IMG/VR virus record: IMGVR_UViG_3300049043_000112
Location: 1-64,000 of that record
DNA length: 64,000 nt
Direction: 5' to 3' (one strand)
Shown one piece after another: positions 10,192 to 19,674 of this stretch; the stretch's first letter is position 1, and each line of letters starts with the position of its first letter. The notes below the pieces were generated by a model that worked only from the letters and a program-made list of their open reading frames with translations, was not told the DNA's origin and did no database searches. A program made the translations under genes and the position numbers.

Positions 10192-10604
10192 CGGTCATCA
10201 GCAGCACGGTTTTCGGAGAAATAAACATCAAAAGCACCTTCAGGATAACGCTTCAGAAGTTTTTGAACATTACGGGCAACTACGTCATCAAGAGTAGTAT
10301 CGAGTGCCATACAAGCCTGGGCAACATACCACATAATATCGCCCAGTTCAATAATTAGGTGCTCACGGTTATCCTCATTAAAAGGTTTGCCCTGGAATAC
10401 CATCTTCTTAACGATTTCCATAAACTCACCACCTTCAGCGTTGATGCCAACGGCAGCAGTCAGGAGTCGTTCAATATTAGCACCTTTCTCATCCAGAGCA
10501 ACAAGACGGTCGGAGAGAGCAAGAAAGTCTTTGGATGCGTCAGACGTTACAGCATCCACAAACTCAGCGTACTTATCAAAATTAACGTGTTTAGCGGTTT
10601 CCAT
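10188..10604 (-). CDS. mazG: MazG-like NTP pyrophosphohydrolase
   Basis: GINAEGGEFMEIVKK...ELGDIMWY; usual cyanomyovirus position after gp41. Confidence 0.92.
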   Translation of the reverse strand: METAKHVNFDKYAEFVDAVTSDASKDFLALSDRLVALDEKGANIERLLTAAVGINAEGGEFMEIVKKMVFQGKPFNEDNREHLIIELGDIMWYVAQACMALDTTLDDVVARNVQKLLKRYPEGAFDVYFSENRAADDR

Positions 10605-11983
10605 TAAAATTTAAATCCTTCAAATGATTTTTTAGGTTTCTTGTCTTCGTTATCATTATACTCGTCTTCGTTGCCAGAGTCAAGTATGTCCTTCTGGGCA
10701 GTTTGCTCACAATCATACAGTCTCATCTTAGCACGGTCAATACCCACAATAAAACGCTTGTAGATCGTTGGGTCATTGTAACGGTTCTTCAACTGCTTCA
10801 CCATAATCTGTCCCAACTGTTCAAGTTCTTCAGTGCTAATAAGGGCAAACATAAGATCAGCAGTAGCAGGAAGACCAAAGGATTCGCTAGTATCAGTAAG
10901 TTCAACATCAGAACTACCATAACCTGAACGAGTGGTCTGAGTAGCGGAGACAATTGGGACATTAAACTCCACGGCGAGTCCCCTAAGTTCCTCAGCAATT
11001 GCTTTAATATACGAATATGAATTGACAGAAAGGTTTGACTTATACCTGCTGGAAGCACAAATATTGAGGTAATCAATGAAAATAATATCAGGTCTAAATG
11101 ACTTTTTGAGAGCAAGTTCATTGAGAAGTGCCTTAAAGTGCCCACTGTGTGCGGAAGCAGTGGGATACTCTTTAATTATAAGAGTTCCTTGTGTTTTCTT
11201 TGAGAGTCCTGTAACTTTGTTTTCGAATGTCGAGCGTGGGAGATCAACCAGTTGCTGAATCGGGACATTGAGAAGGTTTGCGTCAATTCTTTCTGCAATT
11301 CGCTCTTCCGCCATTTCAAGAGTGATATAGAGAACGGACCTGCCTTGCAGTAAGACGGAACTAGCCACATGACACATGAATAGCGATTTCCCAACGCCCG
11401 TCCCAGCGAGAGCGATATTGAGAGTCTTACTAGGGAGACCACCCTTCGTGATTTTGTTGAAATATTCCAGATCAAATTCGATCTTATCCTCTTTACGATG
11501 ATAAAACTCATAACGCTCCTCATAGTTTTGAAGATAATCGTGACCAATATTATTATCAAATGATACTGCTAGAGCATCAGACAGAATGGTTGGGATTGCA
11601 TCACGATTCTTCTTATCATCGTTACCATCGGCAATATGAATTGATTCCATCAATGCCAGGTAAATAGCACGGTCACGACACCATTTTTCAGTGGTATCAA
11701 GCAACCATTGCTTATCAACAGGAGAATCATTTAAAGAATTATTAATTTCTCTGACTTCTTTAATCTCCGTTTCATTTAAATCAGTTCGGTTTTCTACTTC
11801 AATATTGAGTGCTTCAATGGTAATTGCCGAACCGTATTTAACAATAAATTGAACGATTTCTTCAAAAATGACCTTTTCCGACTTTTGCTCAAAATAACTT
11901 GGTTGTATAAAAGGTATGACCTTGCGGGAATAATCTTCATTGAATACTAAGTTCCTTAAAATAGTTGTCTCAATTCTTTCCAT
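10604..11983 (-). CDS. gp41: Replicative DNA helicase
   Basis: Walker A AGTGVGKS, IFIDYL, SATQTTRSG, KQLKNRY. True start is MERIE at 11983. Confidence 0.96.
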   Translation of the reverse strand: MERIETTILRNLVFNEDYSRKVIPFIQPSYFEQKSEKVIFEEIVQFIVKYGSAITIEALNIEVENRTDLNETEIKEVREINNSLNDSPVDKQWLLDTTEKWCRDRAIYLALMESIHIADGNDDKKNRDAIPTILSDALAVSFDNNIGHDYLQNYEERYEFYHRKEDKIEFDLEYFNKITKGGLPSKTLNIALAGTGVGKSLFMCHVASSVLLQGRSVLYITLEMAEERIAERIDANLLNVPIQQLVDLPRSTFENKVTGLSKKTQGTLIIKEYPTASAHSGHFKALLNELALKKSFRPDIIFIDYLNICASSRYKSNLSVNSYSYIKAIAEELRGLAVEFNVPIVSATQTTRSGYGSSDVELTDTSESFGLPATADLMFALISTEELEQLGQIMVKQLKNRYNDPTIYKRFIVGIDRAKMRLYDCEQTAQKDILDSGNEDEYNDNEDKKPKKSFEGFKF

Positions 11984-12540
11984 TATTTGTAATGTAGATA
12001 TGCGGTCATGATATACTTTGGTCCACTCATAGGTGGTTCTCCACGATGGGGATACATCCAAAGTGGTGGAAACATTATTAGTGTTCCTTTTTTAGGTTGA
12101 ACTTCGAAATCTTTAAAGACTGTTTTACCTCCACTTCCAACATCATTCAAATACCACATAAAAGACAAAAATCTTCTAGCAGTATCATACGTCACAACAT
12201 CAACGTGTGTATCAAATTAATCTTTGCCACCAGGATTATACTTTTTTATACGAAATTGTTCAAGAGCATGTTCTTCTGGAAAGACACGCTTATCAACATA
12301 TTCATAATACTTATCCCGATATTCAAATATCTTTTTAATGATATGACTATGAACTTGTTTGACTTCAGGAGTTAATTCCTTATGCTCAGTTAAATTAAAC
12401 TGAGTAAAATTAGGTTTACCATCATTATCATATCGTTCGTGTTTATCTGATGTTTGTTCAAAGAGTGAAATTAAAAAATCACAGACTTCTGGTTCTAACC
12501 CATCTTCATAGACGTGAATTAAATCATTAAGTTCAACCAT
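11983..12540 (-). CDS. 2OG-Fe(II) oxygenase (prolyl-hydroxylase-like), in-frame TAA at 12217-12219
   Basis: Read-through gives D*FDTHVD (HxD) ... LSFMWYLNDV..GG.T...PPLWMYPHRG...KY; both track pieces are in the same frame. Confidence 0.88.
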
Positions 12541-13534
12541 AAGAAAACTGTTCTTTTGCAGCAGCATCAAGTGCTTGCATCACATCTTCAGTAAAATATT
12601 GGTCAGGATTTTTCAGGATTTCCTTCCCGTAAATTTTCTTACCATTAATCTCATAACGCCCCGCAACATTCTTCCAGAGTCCAGCGAGTTCCCCGAGTTC
12701 CAGAAGACCATAATAACGATCAAGACCCCGATCATCATAGTATAAACGGACTTCAACGTCTTGATTCTCCTTACTTAAACGTGACTTAGCAGTCTTTGCC
12801 TTGATAATATTTCCAATGACTTCTGTTCCATCTTTCTCCTTTTTCTTTGAAAGATAAATGATAGTAGAAGCGGCATACTTAAGACCGCTACCACCACCCA
12901 TCTCCTTTGTAGGAACATAAGCACCGATGACATCATAGGTATGGTTGGTTACAATCATTGGAATACTTGCCTGCCCCAACTTAAGTGTAAGCATACGGAA
13001 AGCACCTTTTACAAGTTGAGATTTAGTCATATCACGAACTTGTTTATCATTCAGTGCGTCAGTAATCTCCTTCTCTGTTGAAAGCATACCTAAGGAGTCT
13101 AACACAAACATACAGGGTTTGCGTTCTTCTACAGGTTTTTTTAAGTAAATATCAACTGCCTTGAGTGCCTTACCACGAAACTCTTCTATGGTGACAACAT
13201 TAACCACGACAAGGCGTGATGTGTCAATGCCGCGTGATTCCAGGAGAGATTTTGTAATGGCAGCCTCAGTATCAAAGTAGAGACAATAACCATCGGCATT
13301 ATTATCAAGAAAATTCTTAACCACAGCGAGAGAGAAGAAAGTCTTTCCAGTAGAAGACTCTCCAGCAATAGCAGTAATTTTATTCCCAGATACACCACCA
13401 AATATGCTACCTGAAACCAGTGCGTTAAAAATGTACGAACCCGTGTCCACATAAGTTTCAGTCTCATCAATATCTGAAGCAAGTTTGGTGTATTCTCCAC
13501 CAACTTCTTTTACAATTTCTTTAAGAAAATCCAT
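12533..13534 (-). CDS. uvsX: RecA-like recombinase
   Basis: AGESSTGKT, YFDTE, VLDSLG, GGGSGLKYAAS. Confidence 0.96.
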   Translation of the reverse strand: MDFLKEIVKEVGGEYTKLASDIDETETYVDTGSYIFNALVSGSIFGGVSGNKITAIAGESSTGKTFFSLAVVKNFLDNNADGYCLYFDTEAAITKSLLESRGIDTSRLVVVNVVTIEEFRGKALKAVDIYLKKPVEERKPCMFVLDSLGMLSTEKEITDALNDKQVRDMTKSQLVKGAFRMLTLKLGQASIPMIVTNHTYDVIGAYVPTKEMGGGSGLKYAASTIIYLSKKKEKDGTEVIGNIIKAKTAKSRLSKENQDVEVRLYYDDRGLDRYYGLLELGELAGLWKNVAGRYEINGKKIYGKEILKNPDQYFTEDVMQALDAAAKEQFSYG

Positions 13535-13662
13535 CACTCATCTCCAATAAAAACATAATCTGGATGTTGAGACTTAAACATCTCCACTGCTTCTTCAGTT
13601 TTAAAAAACTTAAAGAGTGTTGCGTTTGGAAACTCTTTAATATAATAATTCAGTTTAATCAT
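13534..13662 (-). CDS. Small hypothetical protein (42 aa)
   Basis: MIKLNYYIKEFPNATLFKFFKTEEAVEMFKSQHPDYVFIGDE*; overlaps both neighbours. Not in the ORF track. Confidence 0.6.
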   Translation of the reverse strand: MIKLNYYIKEFPNATLFKFFKTEEAVEMFKSQHPDYVFIGDE

Positions 13663-13826
13663 CAAGATACCATCCCGTATTGTTCACGAAGTATTTTTTT
13701 ATAGGGCAAACCCTGATCTTTAAGTTCCCTAACCAGTTTTAATTTTTGATAAAGTGCCGCATTTCCACCCAGAGTCAGGGCACTAATAATAGTATTCAGT
13801 TCTTCATCATTAATAGGCAAATCCAT
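13662..13826 (-). CDS. Small hypothetical protein (~54 aa; probable 1-nt indel near 13720)
   Basis: MDLPINDEELNTIISALTLGGNAALYQKLKLVRELK(DQGLPYKKILREQYGMVS*); ATGA overlap with the gp43 stop. Confidence 0.55.
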   Translation of the reverse strand: MDLPINDEELNTIISALTLGGNAALYQKLKLVRELKDQGLPYKKILREQYGMVS

Positions 13827-16327
13827 CAGGCAAAAAATAGTTCAAGGTTTACGGTTTTTTCCACATTCCATCCAATCGAATCAAGGATGGATTTCAGTGG
13901 TTCTACAAAACTCTTTTCAAATTGTAGTTCATAGTCAATGTATTTGTCAAGACCGAGTTCTTTAGGGAAATCTTGAATAAAGGAGATAATATTCTCCTGA
14001 ATAATATTAGGTTTTTTCAGATAAACAAACTTAATCTTTTCACCATTAGCAATCAATGAATACTTATTGTTAAGTTTTTTCTCCTTTACATAATGATTAA
14101 AAAGAAGTGCTCCACGAATATGAATAGGAGTTCCTTTTATATAAATGCCAGAAGAAGAATAGTACTTACGAACATCAGACGCAGTTCTTGGAAAAGCAAT
14201 CTGTTCAGGTGGCAAACTCTTAAACTCTTCACGACACTTATCAATGAAGTTAATCACATCTTCTTCGGTGCCGCTCATCATCAGTTTAAGTCCATCCTTA
14301 ATCATCTTGCGACAAGGTGCTGGTGTAGAAGATTTCACCGCCTCAATACCCATCATCTTCAGTTTGGGTTCTTCATAGCGAACACCTTCACTGTCCCAGA
14401 CATTCAAAATGTATCGTTTCTTCGCAGTCCAGATTCCACGTTCGGCAATGTTCTCACGCTTCATCTGCATCTTCTGGTCATAAGCATTTACATACTCAGC
14501 CAGTTCTTGGTAGCAACCTTCAATATACTTTTCAAATTCCACCTGACAGACCTTATCAAGGAACGAAACAACGCCTTCAGTAGTTTTCTCTCTTCCCTTG
14601 TATACACTTTCAACCAAAGGACCCATATTAAGGTAAATAGAATCAGTATCTGAAGCAATAACATAGTCTTCGCCGTCCGTTTTTAGAATCTTATTGAGAT
14701 AGGCATTCATCTTGTTCTCAATCCAACGGATAGACACCTGACCCGACAAGGTGATTGCCTCTGCGTTTGCTAGTTTATAATAGCGGAAATACTGATTGCC
14801 GATAGCACCATAAGCAGAGTTAAGTTGAATCTTCCTCGCCATTTGGATGTTGTTACATCGAGCAATCTCTTTTTCCAGATCTTTGGTCTTTTTCTTTTCA
14901 TACTCCTGCTTAGCAGCAAGCATTTTCTTTTTGTAGATGGTGCGATCCTTATAGATCTTCTCCATCAATTCTGGAAGAAATCCACGCACGTCCTTACGGA
15001 ACATTGCCCCGTTAGCACATACTGCTTTGTCCTTATACAATTCAAAAGTAACCTCTTGATTTAGAATCTTATCAACGGTCACATTTGGGTGCCTCTCCTC
15101 CAGAAGAGTTTCTGGTGAGATGTTGTATTGCATAATGAGGTGGGGATATAGTGAGTTAAGGTCAAAAGACACAACCCAGTCATACTTTCCAGGAATAGGT
15201 TCTTTAACATACGCACCAGCATACTTAGAGTCTTTATCGGAACGTTCTTTAGGAGGAATTACAATGTTCCTCTTTTTCAGATAGTTGTAGATGATTGTAT
15301 CCCACATTCGGACTTGCGAAAATACATCTGTGTAATTCGCTTTAGCATCATATGCCATTGTGAGAGCAAGTTCAATCAGTTTCATCTTGTCTTCCATACG
15401 GTCAACAAGTTCCACGTCAATGATGTTGTACTCTACAAACTTCTGCCAACCCTTAGTATAAAAGTCTTTGAAGGTATCAAACTCAGAGTGATCAAGTTTT
15501 TTCTGACCAAGTTCAACACTGGCAATGTAGTCAAGACGATAAGATTCCTGTGCCTTATAAGTAAACTTTTTATAAAGATTCAGATAGTCAAGTTGACTAA
15601 TGCCACCAACATCATAAGAAATATGCTTACGACCAGCAACATAGATTTCATCTTCAGTCACAAGACCCCAAGGTGAAAAACGTTTCATCAACTTTTCACC
15701 AAGAATACGGTCCAGACGACGAACAAGATATGGAATATCATACAGTTCAATATTCCATCCAGTCACAACTTCTGGAGTATTCTCTTCAACCATCCACCAG
15801 TTAATAAAGTCCATCAGAAGGTCACGTTCATTATTAAATGAACGATAGATAACATTCTTCTGCTGATTGTTAAATGGACCCATTCCCCAAGTACGAATCT
15901 GTTTAGAAGAATAATCCTGAATTGTAATCAGGAGAACTTCTTCGGCAGCAGACTCTACATCGGGGAATCCATTCTCTGAAGCGACCTCAATATCAAGAGT
16001 AGTAACTTTGACTTTACTAATATCAAACTTTAATTCCTCTTCTGGATACATCTCAGAGATATACTGATAGATGTATTGGGTATTCCCATAGATTTTGAAG
16101 TTTTCTACACCATCATACCTTTTAACAAACTCACGACAATCACGAACAGAACCAGGTTGAACTGATTCAACATACTCCCCATTCAGGGTTTGATATTTAG
16201 TTTTCTTTTGGGAAGGGACAAAAAGAGTCGGGTTAAACTTCTCCTTGGTCATAAAATGTTTACCATTTTCATAACCTCGGACCAGGAAGTTATCCCCGAC
16301 CATTTGAACGTTTGTATAAAAGCGCAT
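13826..16327 (-). CDS. gp43: Family B DNA polymerase
   Basis: Exo LDIE; polymerase SFDLNSLYP, KIQLNSAYG, ASDTDS. Intact, no intein. Confidence 0.98.
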   Translation of the reverse strand: MRFYTNVQMVGDNFLVRGYENGKHFMTKEKFNPTLFVPSQKKTKYQTLNGEYVESVQPGSVRDCREFVKRYDGVENFKIYGNTQYIYQYISEMYPEEELKFDISKVKVTTLDIEVASENGFPDVESAAEEVLLITIQDYSSKQIRTWGMGPFNNQQKNVIYRSFNNERDLLMDFINWWMVEENTPEVVTGWNIELYDIPYLVRRLDRILGEKLMKRFSPWGLVTEDEIYVAGRKHISYDVGGISQLDYLNLYKKFTYKAQESYRLDYIASVELGQKKLDHSEFDTFKDFYTKGWQKFVEYNIIDVELVDRMEDKMKLIELALTMAYDAKANYTDVFSQVRMWDTIIYNYLKKRNIVIPPKERSDKDSKYAGAYVKEPIPGKYDWVVSFDLNSLYPHLIMQYNISPETLLEERHPNVTVDKILNQEVTFELYKDKAVCANGAMFRKDVRGFLPELMEKIYKDRTIYKKKMLAAKQEYEKKKTKDLEKEIARCNNIQMARKIQLNSAYGAIGNQYFRYYKLANAEAITLSGQVSIRWIENKMNAYLNKILKTDGEDYVIASDTDSIYLNMGPLVESVYKGREKTTEGVVSFLDKVCQVEFEKYIEGCYQELAEYVNAYDQKMQMKRENIAERGIWTAKKRYILNVWDSEGVRYEEPKLKMMGIEAVKSSTPAPCRKMIKDGLKLMMSGTEEDVINFIDKCREEFKSLPPEQIAFPRTASDVRKYYSSSGIYIKGTPIHIRGALLFNHYVKEKKLNNKYSLIANGEKIKFVYLKKPNIIQENIISFIQDFPKELGLDKYIDYELQFEKSFVEPLKSILDSIGWNVEKTVNLELFFA

Positions 16328-16581
16328 TATGCAGTTAATTCAAGATACTTTTCAACAATTTCAGGTTTTGGATCCACAATAGTTAAAATACTATCAGAAT
16401 GAATCATCATTTCTCTCTGGTCAGTTATATCTGGCCACGGAGTTAACTCACCCTCTGCATCAATACGAAAAGGATTAATTAATTTACAATCTGGTTCCCC
16501 AAGTTCAGAACCAACTTCAATAATTTCAGTGACAATTACGTTATCAACTTTCAGTAAAAGACACTTGACTGTCTTGCCCAT
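16327..16581 (-). CDS. Conserved hypothetical (Sm-like beta protein)
   Basis: EPDCKLINPF...PW...MIHSDSILTIVDP pattern; coupled to gp43. Confidence 0.7.
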   Translation of the reverse strand: MGKTVKCLLLKVDNVIVTEIIEVGSELGEPDCKLINPFRIDAEGELTPWPDITDQREMMIHSDSILTIVDPKPEIVEKYLELTA

Positions 16582-16877
16582 TTACTTTCTCCTCATACAT
16601 TTTTTTAATGGTTTCAATCGGTTCAACAATAGTAACAACCCAATCCAAAGGAACAGGAATTTTTTCGTCACTAGTTAAAACAATCCACGGTGCCATTAAG
16701 AACTTCTAAATCACCTTTTGTAGGATCGTTTTCTTCCACCAATAAGAGTGTTTTCCTAGTTTCAATTTTATGTGGTTTTGCAAAAAGATATCCACAGACC
16801 TTATCATCAGAGATAAGTTCTTTAGCATCTGAAATTACAGTTTCACCAGATTTTAATACTGCTAACTTAATTGACAT
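16544..16877 (-). CDS. Conserved hypothetical (often labelled methylamine utilisation protein), indel near 16695
   Basis: MSIKLAVLKSGETVISD... corrected to PWIVLTSDEKIPVPLDWVVTIVEPI...FTES*. Confidence 0.7.
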
Positions 16878-16899
16878 TTTTTCAGATTATCCTACAGTC

Positions 16900-16928
16900 A
16901 TTATAAGGCAAAAAAAGGGGGAAGTCAA
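16900..16928 (-). promoter_or_regulatory. Sigma70-type early promoter embedded in a terminator
   Basis: TTGACT-N17-TATAAT, with the spacer formed by the terminator 3' stem and T-tract. Confidence 0.85.
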
Positions 16929-16952
16929 CCTGGATTTTGCCAGGTGCTTCCC
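16911..16952 (-). terminator. Long hairpin terminator
   Basis: GGGAAG-CACCTGG-CAAAAT-CCAGG-TTGA-CTTCCC then T7. Confidence 0.7.
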
Positions 16953-16975
16953 GCGCCGACGATATTCAGAATTAT

Positions 16976-17134
16976 TTATTCTTCCTTTCCCTTTCCACCA
17001 CCACCAGGATTAAATGGAACTGCCTTACCAGCAGGAACATTCTGAACTTTTCCTTTCATATAAACCTTATGCGCTTTTGCCATAGGGTACTTAATGGTTT
17101 TTATTTCATTAAGAAAGTGGGCGAAAGTTTTCAT
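16976..17134 (-). CDS. 52-aa basic peptide with capsid-targeting-like N-terminus
   Basis: MKTFAHFLNEIKTIKYPMAKAHKVYMKGKVQNVPAGKAVPFNPGGGGKGKEE*; TCTAAATA at 17146-17153. Not in the ORF track. Confidence 0.7.
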   Translation of the reverse strand: MKTFAHFLNEIKTIKYPMAKAHKVYMKGKVQNVPAGKAVPFNPGGGGKGKEE

Positions 17135-17145
17135 TTTTTTATTTT

Positions 17146-17153
17146 TATTTAGA
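17146..17153 (-). promoter_or_regulatory. Late promoter variant TCTAAATA
   Basis: Overlaps the hsp20 stop, 12 nt upstream of the ATG at 17134. Confidence 0.6.
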
Positions 17154-17583
17154 GATAATCCTTACGTGCGTGATGCTCTGGAACTACTTTCCCAAGTATG
17201 ATCCGTAAAAGTCCGTCTTCAAATGTGACTTCGCGGACTTCTGTGTCGTCGGATAAAGTCCACGCTCGTTTAAAACTTCTGCTAGCCACTCCCTTGTGGA
17301 TAAACGTCCTATCCGATTCTGTATCTTCTTTTTGTCCCTCGACAAAAAGTTTTCCATACTCTGTGAAAACATTTACCTCTCCTTTCTTGAATCCTGCGAG
17401 TGCGAGTTCTAGATGGGATTCAACATTATTTATTTGAACCAGATTATATGGAGGATAATTAGTTGTAGTTTCGTGAAGATTGAAAATACGATCAAAATAT
17501 TCATCCATTCCAATACTATTGCGTGTAATTCTTTCCATCAAGGCAGGAAGATCCGCAGCAGTATACCTTGCAAAATTATTCAT
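17149..17583 (-). CDS. hsp20: Small heat shock protein (alpha-crystallin domain)
   Basis: NYPPYNLVQ, LALAGF, HKGVASRSFKRAWTL, FEDGLL. Confidence 0.95.
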   Translation of the reverse strand: MNNFARYTAADLPALMERITRNSIGMDEYFDRIFNLHETTTNYPPYNLVQINNVESHLELALAGFKKGEVNVFTEYGKLFVEGQKEDTESDRTFIHKGVASRSFKRAWTLSDDTEVREVTFEDGLLRIILGKVVPEHHARKDYL

Positions 17584-17638
17584 TATAGTAGCTCCTTTAA
17601 AAGCGAGTTTGTGTTTTGTGGACCCTTACGGCATCCAC
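17584..17638 (-). promoter_or_regulatory. Structured hsp20 5' leader, ROSE-like thermometer candidate
   Basis: GNRA-capped hairpin (17618-17638), then C-UCGCU-UUUAA-AGGA-G pairing the SD with a bulged G; TATAAT at 17644-17649. Confidence 0.55.
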
Positions 17639-17660
17639 ATATAATTATATTACTTCTTAC

Positions 17661-17684
17661 AAAAAAGGCGGGTGTAAAACCCGC
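17661..17684 (-). terminator. Rho-independent terminator after regA
   Basis: GCGGGT-TTTAC-ACCCGC followed by a T-tract. Confidence 0.75.
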
Positions 17685-17690
17685 TCTTTA

Positions 17691-18131
17691 TCATTCGGCA
17701 TCCTCTACCTTTTTCTTTTTGGCACCAATGTTGTACTTGGTTTCCAAAATCCAATCTCCTTTGTCCTTATAAGCAAGAACTTTGATTTGATTTAGGGGAG
17801 CGATATCCTGAATCTTCTTAACATCAACAATTTCAATCAGACCCCAATCAGCAAGAAGTTGGGCGATACGATTGCGACGTTGTACATCGTTTACAGTCAG
17901 GTTTGCGTGTTTGCCATCCAGGGCAAATAGTTCCTTAAAATGAACGAGATAATATCTACCTTGTTTGTGTAGAATATGGCAAGACTGATAAATTTTCTTT
18001 TCCTTTCTTGAAGCAACTCCGATACGGGTCAAAGTTTCACGAACTTTCAAAAAGTCATCTGGTTCATTCAGAATGACTTCCACCATTTGATCGGGCGTCC
18101 ACTTCACTTCAGGTTCTTGAACGACACTCAT
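17691..18131 (-). CDS. regA: Translational repressor
   Basis: DDFLKVRETLTRIGVAS...YQSCHILHKQGRYYLVHFKELFALDG. Confidence 0.96.
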   Translation of the reverse strand: MSVVQEPEVKWTPDQMVEVILNEPDDFLKVRETLTRIGVASRKEKKIYQSCHILHKQGRYYLVHFKELFALDGKHANLTVNDVQRRNRIAQLLADWGLIEIVDVKKIQDIAPLNQIKVLAYKDKGDWILETKYNIGAKKKKVEDAE

Positions 18132-18508
18132 TTTGTTCCTCCAGTTTCAAATTTCGATTTAATAAATGTTAGTTGTTCTTTAGTAAGAATCCTCAAAGAT
18201 TGTTTTGCCTTCTCATTACTAAAACCATAGTAACGTTTAACATAATCAAGGTCTTTGATTTTATCTTGACGGAGCCAGGGAGAAAATCTCTTCTTTTTCC
18301 TCAGACTATTTATAAAGAAGTCATATTGCATCTTTTTTGGAAGGAAATTATACCGATTCATTTCATTCGCAAACATAATACAGTCAAGGTGCCCAGACAG
18401 ACAACGATTGATGATATAGGGAGGATATTCCTTCTCAAGTGAAGGATCTTCTTCAATCAGATTCTGTTTCGTCTGATTGATTGAGTTTAACCAGTCCTTC
18501 AATTCCAT
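18128..18508 (-). CDS. gp62: Clamp loader small subunit
   Basis: MELKDWLNSIN...YPPYIINRCLS...RKKKRFSPW; true start at 18508. Confidence 0.92.
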   Translation of the reverse strand: MELKDWLNSINQTKQNLIEEDPSLEKEYPPYIINRCLSGHLDCIMFANEMNRYNFLPKKMQYDFFINSLRKKKRFSPWLRQDKIKDLDYVKRYYGFSNEKAKQSLRILTKEQLTFIKSKFETGGTK

Positions 18509-19327
18509 AATTAAAAAGCAGTAGTTCTTTACGTTGTTTTTGCTCTCGCATATATTCACCAACCGAACGCATCGTATAAGTTAAGTCAAACTCAGCAGCG
18601 TTCCAGTTCTTAAAACGGTCTTTTACAAGTTGGTCAGAGTTATAACTGACTAACTGATCCATATTGTTAGCATCGCAATCAGCAGCAAACTTATCGTGAT
18701 CAAATCCTTTGTGCATTGATCCCTTTCTGCCATAGAGATTGTCCTTAATATCATAAGGAGGATCGAGATACATAAAAGCAGTCTTATCTCCATCCATCAG
18801 ATAATCATACGAGTAATTAGTTATACGCCAATGCTCAATCAGTTTAGAATACGCAGGCAGTTTTTCGATACCCCGCATACTGAAGTTGGCGTTGGAAGCT
18901 TGTTCTGAAAATGATGAACTCTCCGTAAGACCACTGAAACTGCACTTATTGACAACATAGAAAGCCACAGCACGATCAAGATTCGACAGAAGTGGTTCAT
19001 TGATTCTGCTCCTTTGATTGGAGAAAAAGTTCTCTTGCCTTATCTGGAGTATTATACTTTGACTTAAGATTCTACAAGTTTATCTTTAAGGTCAGGTCCA
19101 AAAATCTGGAGTTGTTGCCAGAAGTTAACAAGAGGTTCATATAAATCATTTACCCAGATATCTAGGCTGGGATATTTTTTCGTGATATGAATTGCAACAC
19201 TTCCACCACCAAGAAAAGGTTCTCGGAATTGCTTATAATTACGGAGGTCTGGAAAATATGCGTCCATCTTGGTACAAGCACGGGACTTGCCGCCTGGATA
19301 CCTCAAAGGGGTTTTAAGAGATTTCAT
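18453..19327 (-). CDS. dam: DNA adenine methyltransferase (Dam/D12 class), two +1 indels (~19070, ~19005)
   Basis: TPLRYPGGKS, motif I FREPFLGGGSV, motif IV YLDPPY, terminal ELLLFNY. Confidence 0.9.
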
Positions 19328-19523
19328 AATCTTTAGGATGATACTTCAAATATTCTCTAAAAGTGAGTTTCATTTCTTTCTGCGTCATACCGCAATGTTT
19401 TGCGGCAGCAGGAAGAGTCATTTTAGCACGAAACAATGCTTCATTTGCTTCTCGGACATTCTCAGGAGTAGTCTTAACTGGAACATCTTTGAGAGACTTA
19501 TAATCAATTTTGAGAAGACCCAT
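19314..19523 (-). CDS. Small conserved hypothetical (HTH-like)
   Basis: LFRAKMTLPAAAKHCGMTQKEMK resembles a helix-turn-helix. Confidence 0.65.
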   Translation of the reverse strand: MGLLKIDYKSLKDVPVKTTPENVREANEALFRAKMTLPAAAKHCGMTQKEMKLTFREYLKYHPKDYEIS

Positions 19524-19674
19524 TTGCACACCTCACAGAAATTGAAATATTTTTAAACGATTGTGCCATTTCACGATACCCAGTTCCAACATAAAGTTGT
19601 CCGCCAACCACAGCAACAGCACAGATACCCCAGAAGATATAATACCACTGAGATTTAAGTTGATGCCTAATCAT
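19504..19674 (-). CDS. Small membrane protein (56 aa)
   Basis: MIRHQLKSQWYYIFWGICAVAVVGGQLYVGTGYREMA; ATGA overlap with gp44. Not in the ORF track. Confidence 0.6.
   Translation of the reverse strand: MIRHQLKSQWYYIFWGICAVAVVGGQLYVGTGYREMAQSFKNISISVRCANGSSQN

Noticed and set aside
401-16327. Introns or inteins in nrdA, nrdB, gp41 or gp43
   Set aside because: Repaired lengths are ordinary and no inserted segment or intein terminal motif is visible.
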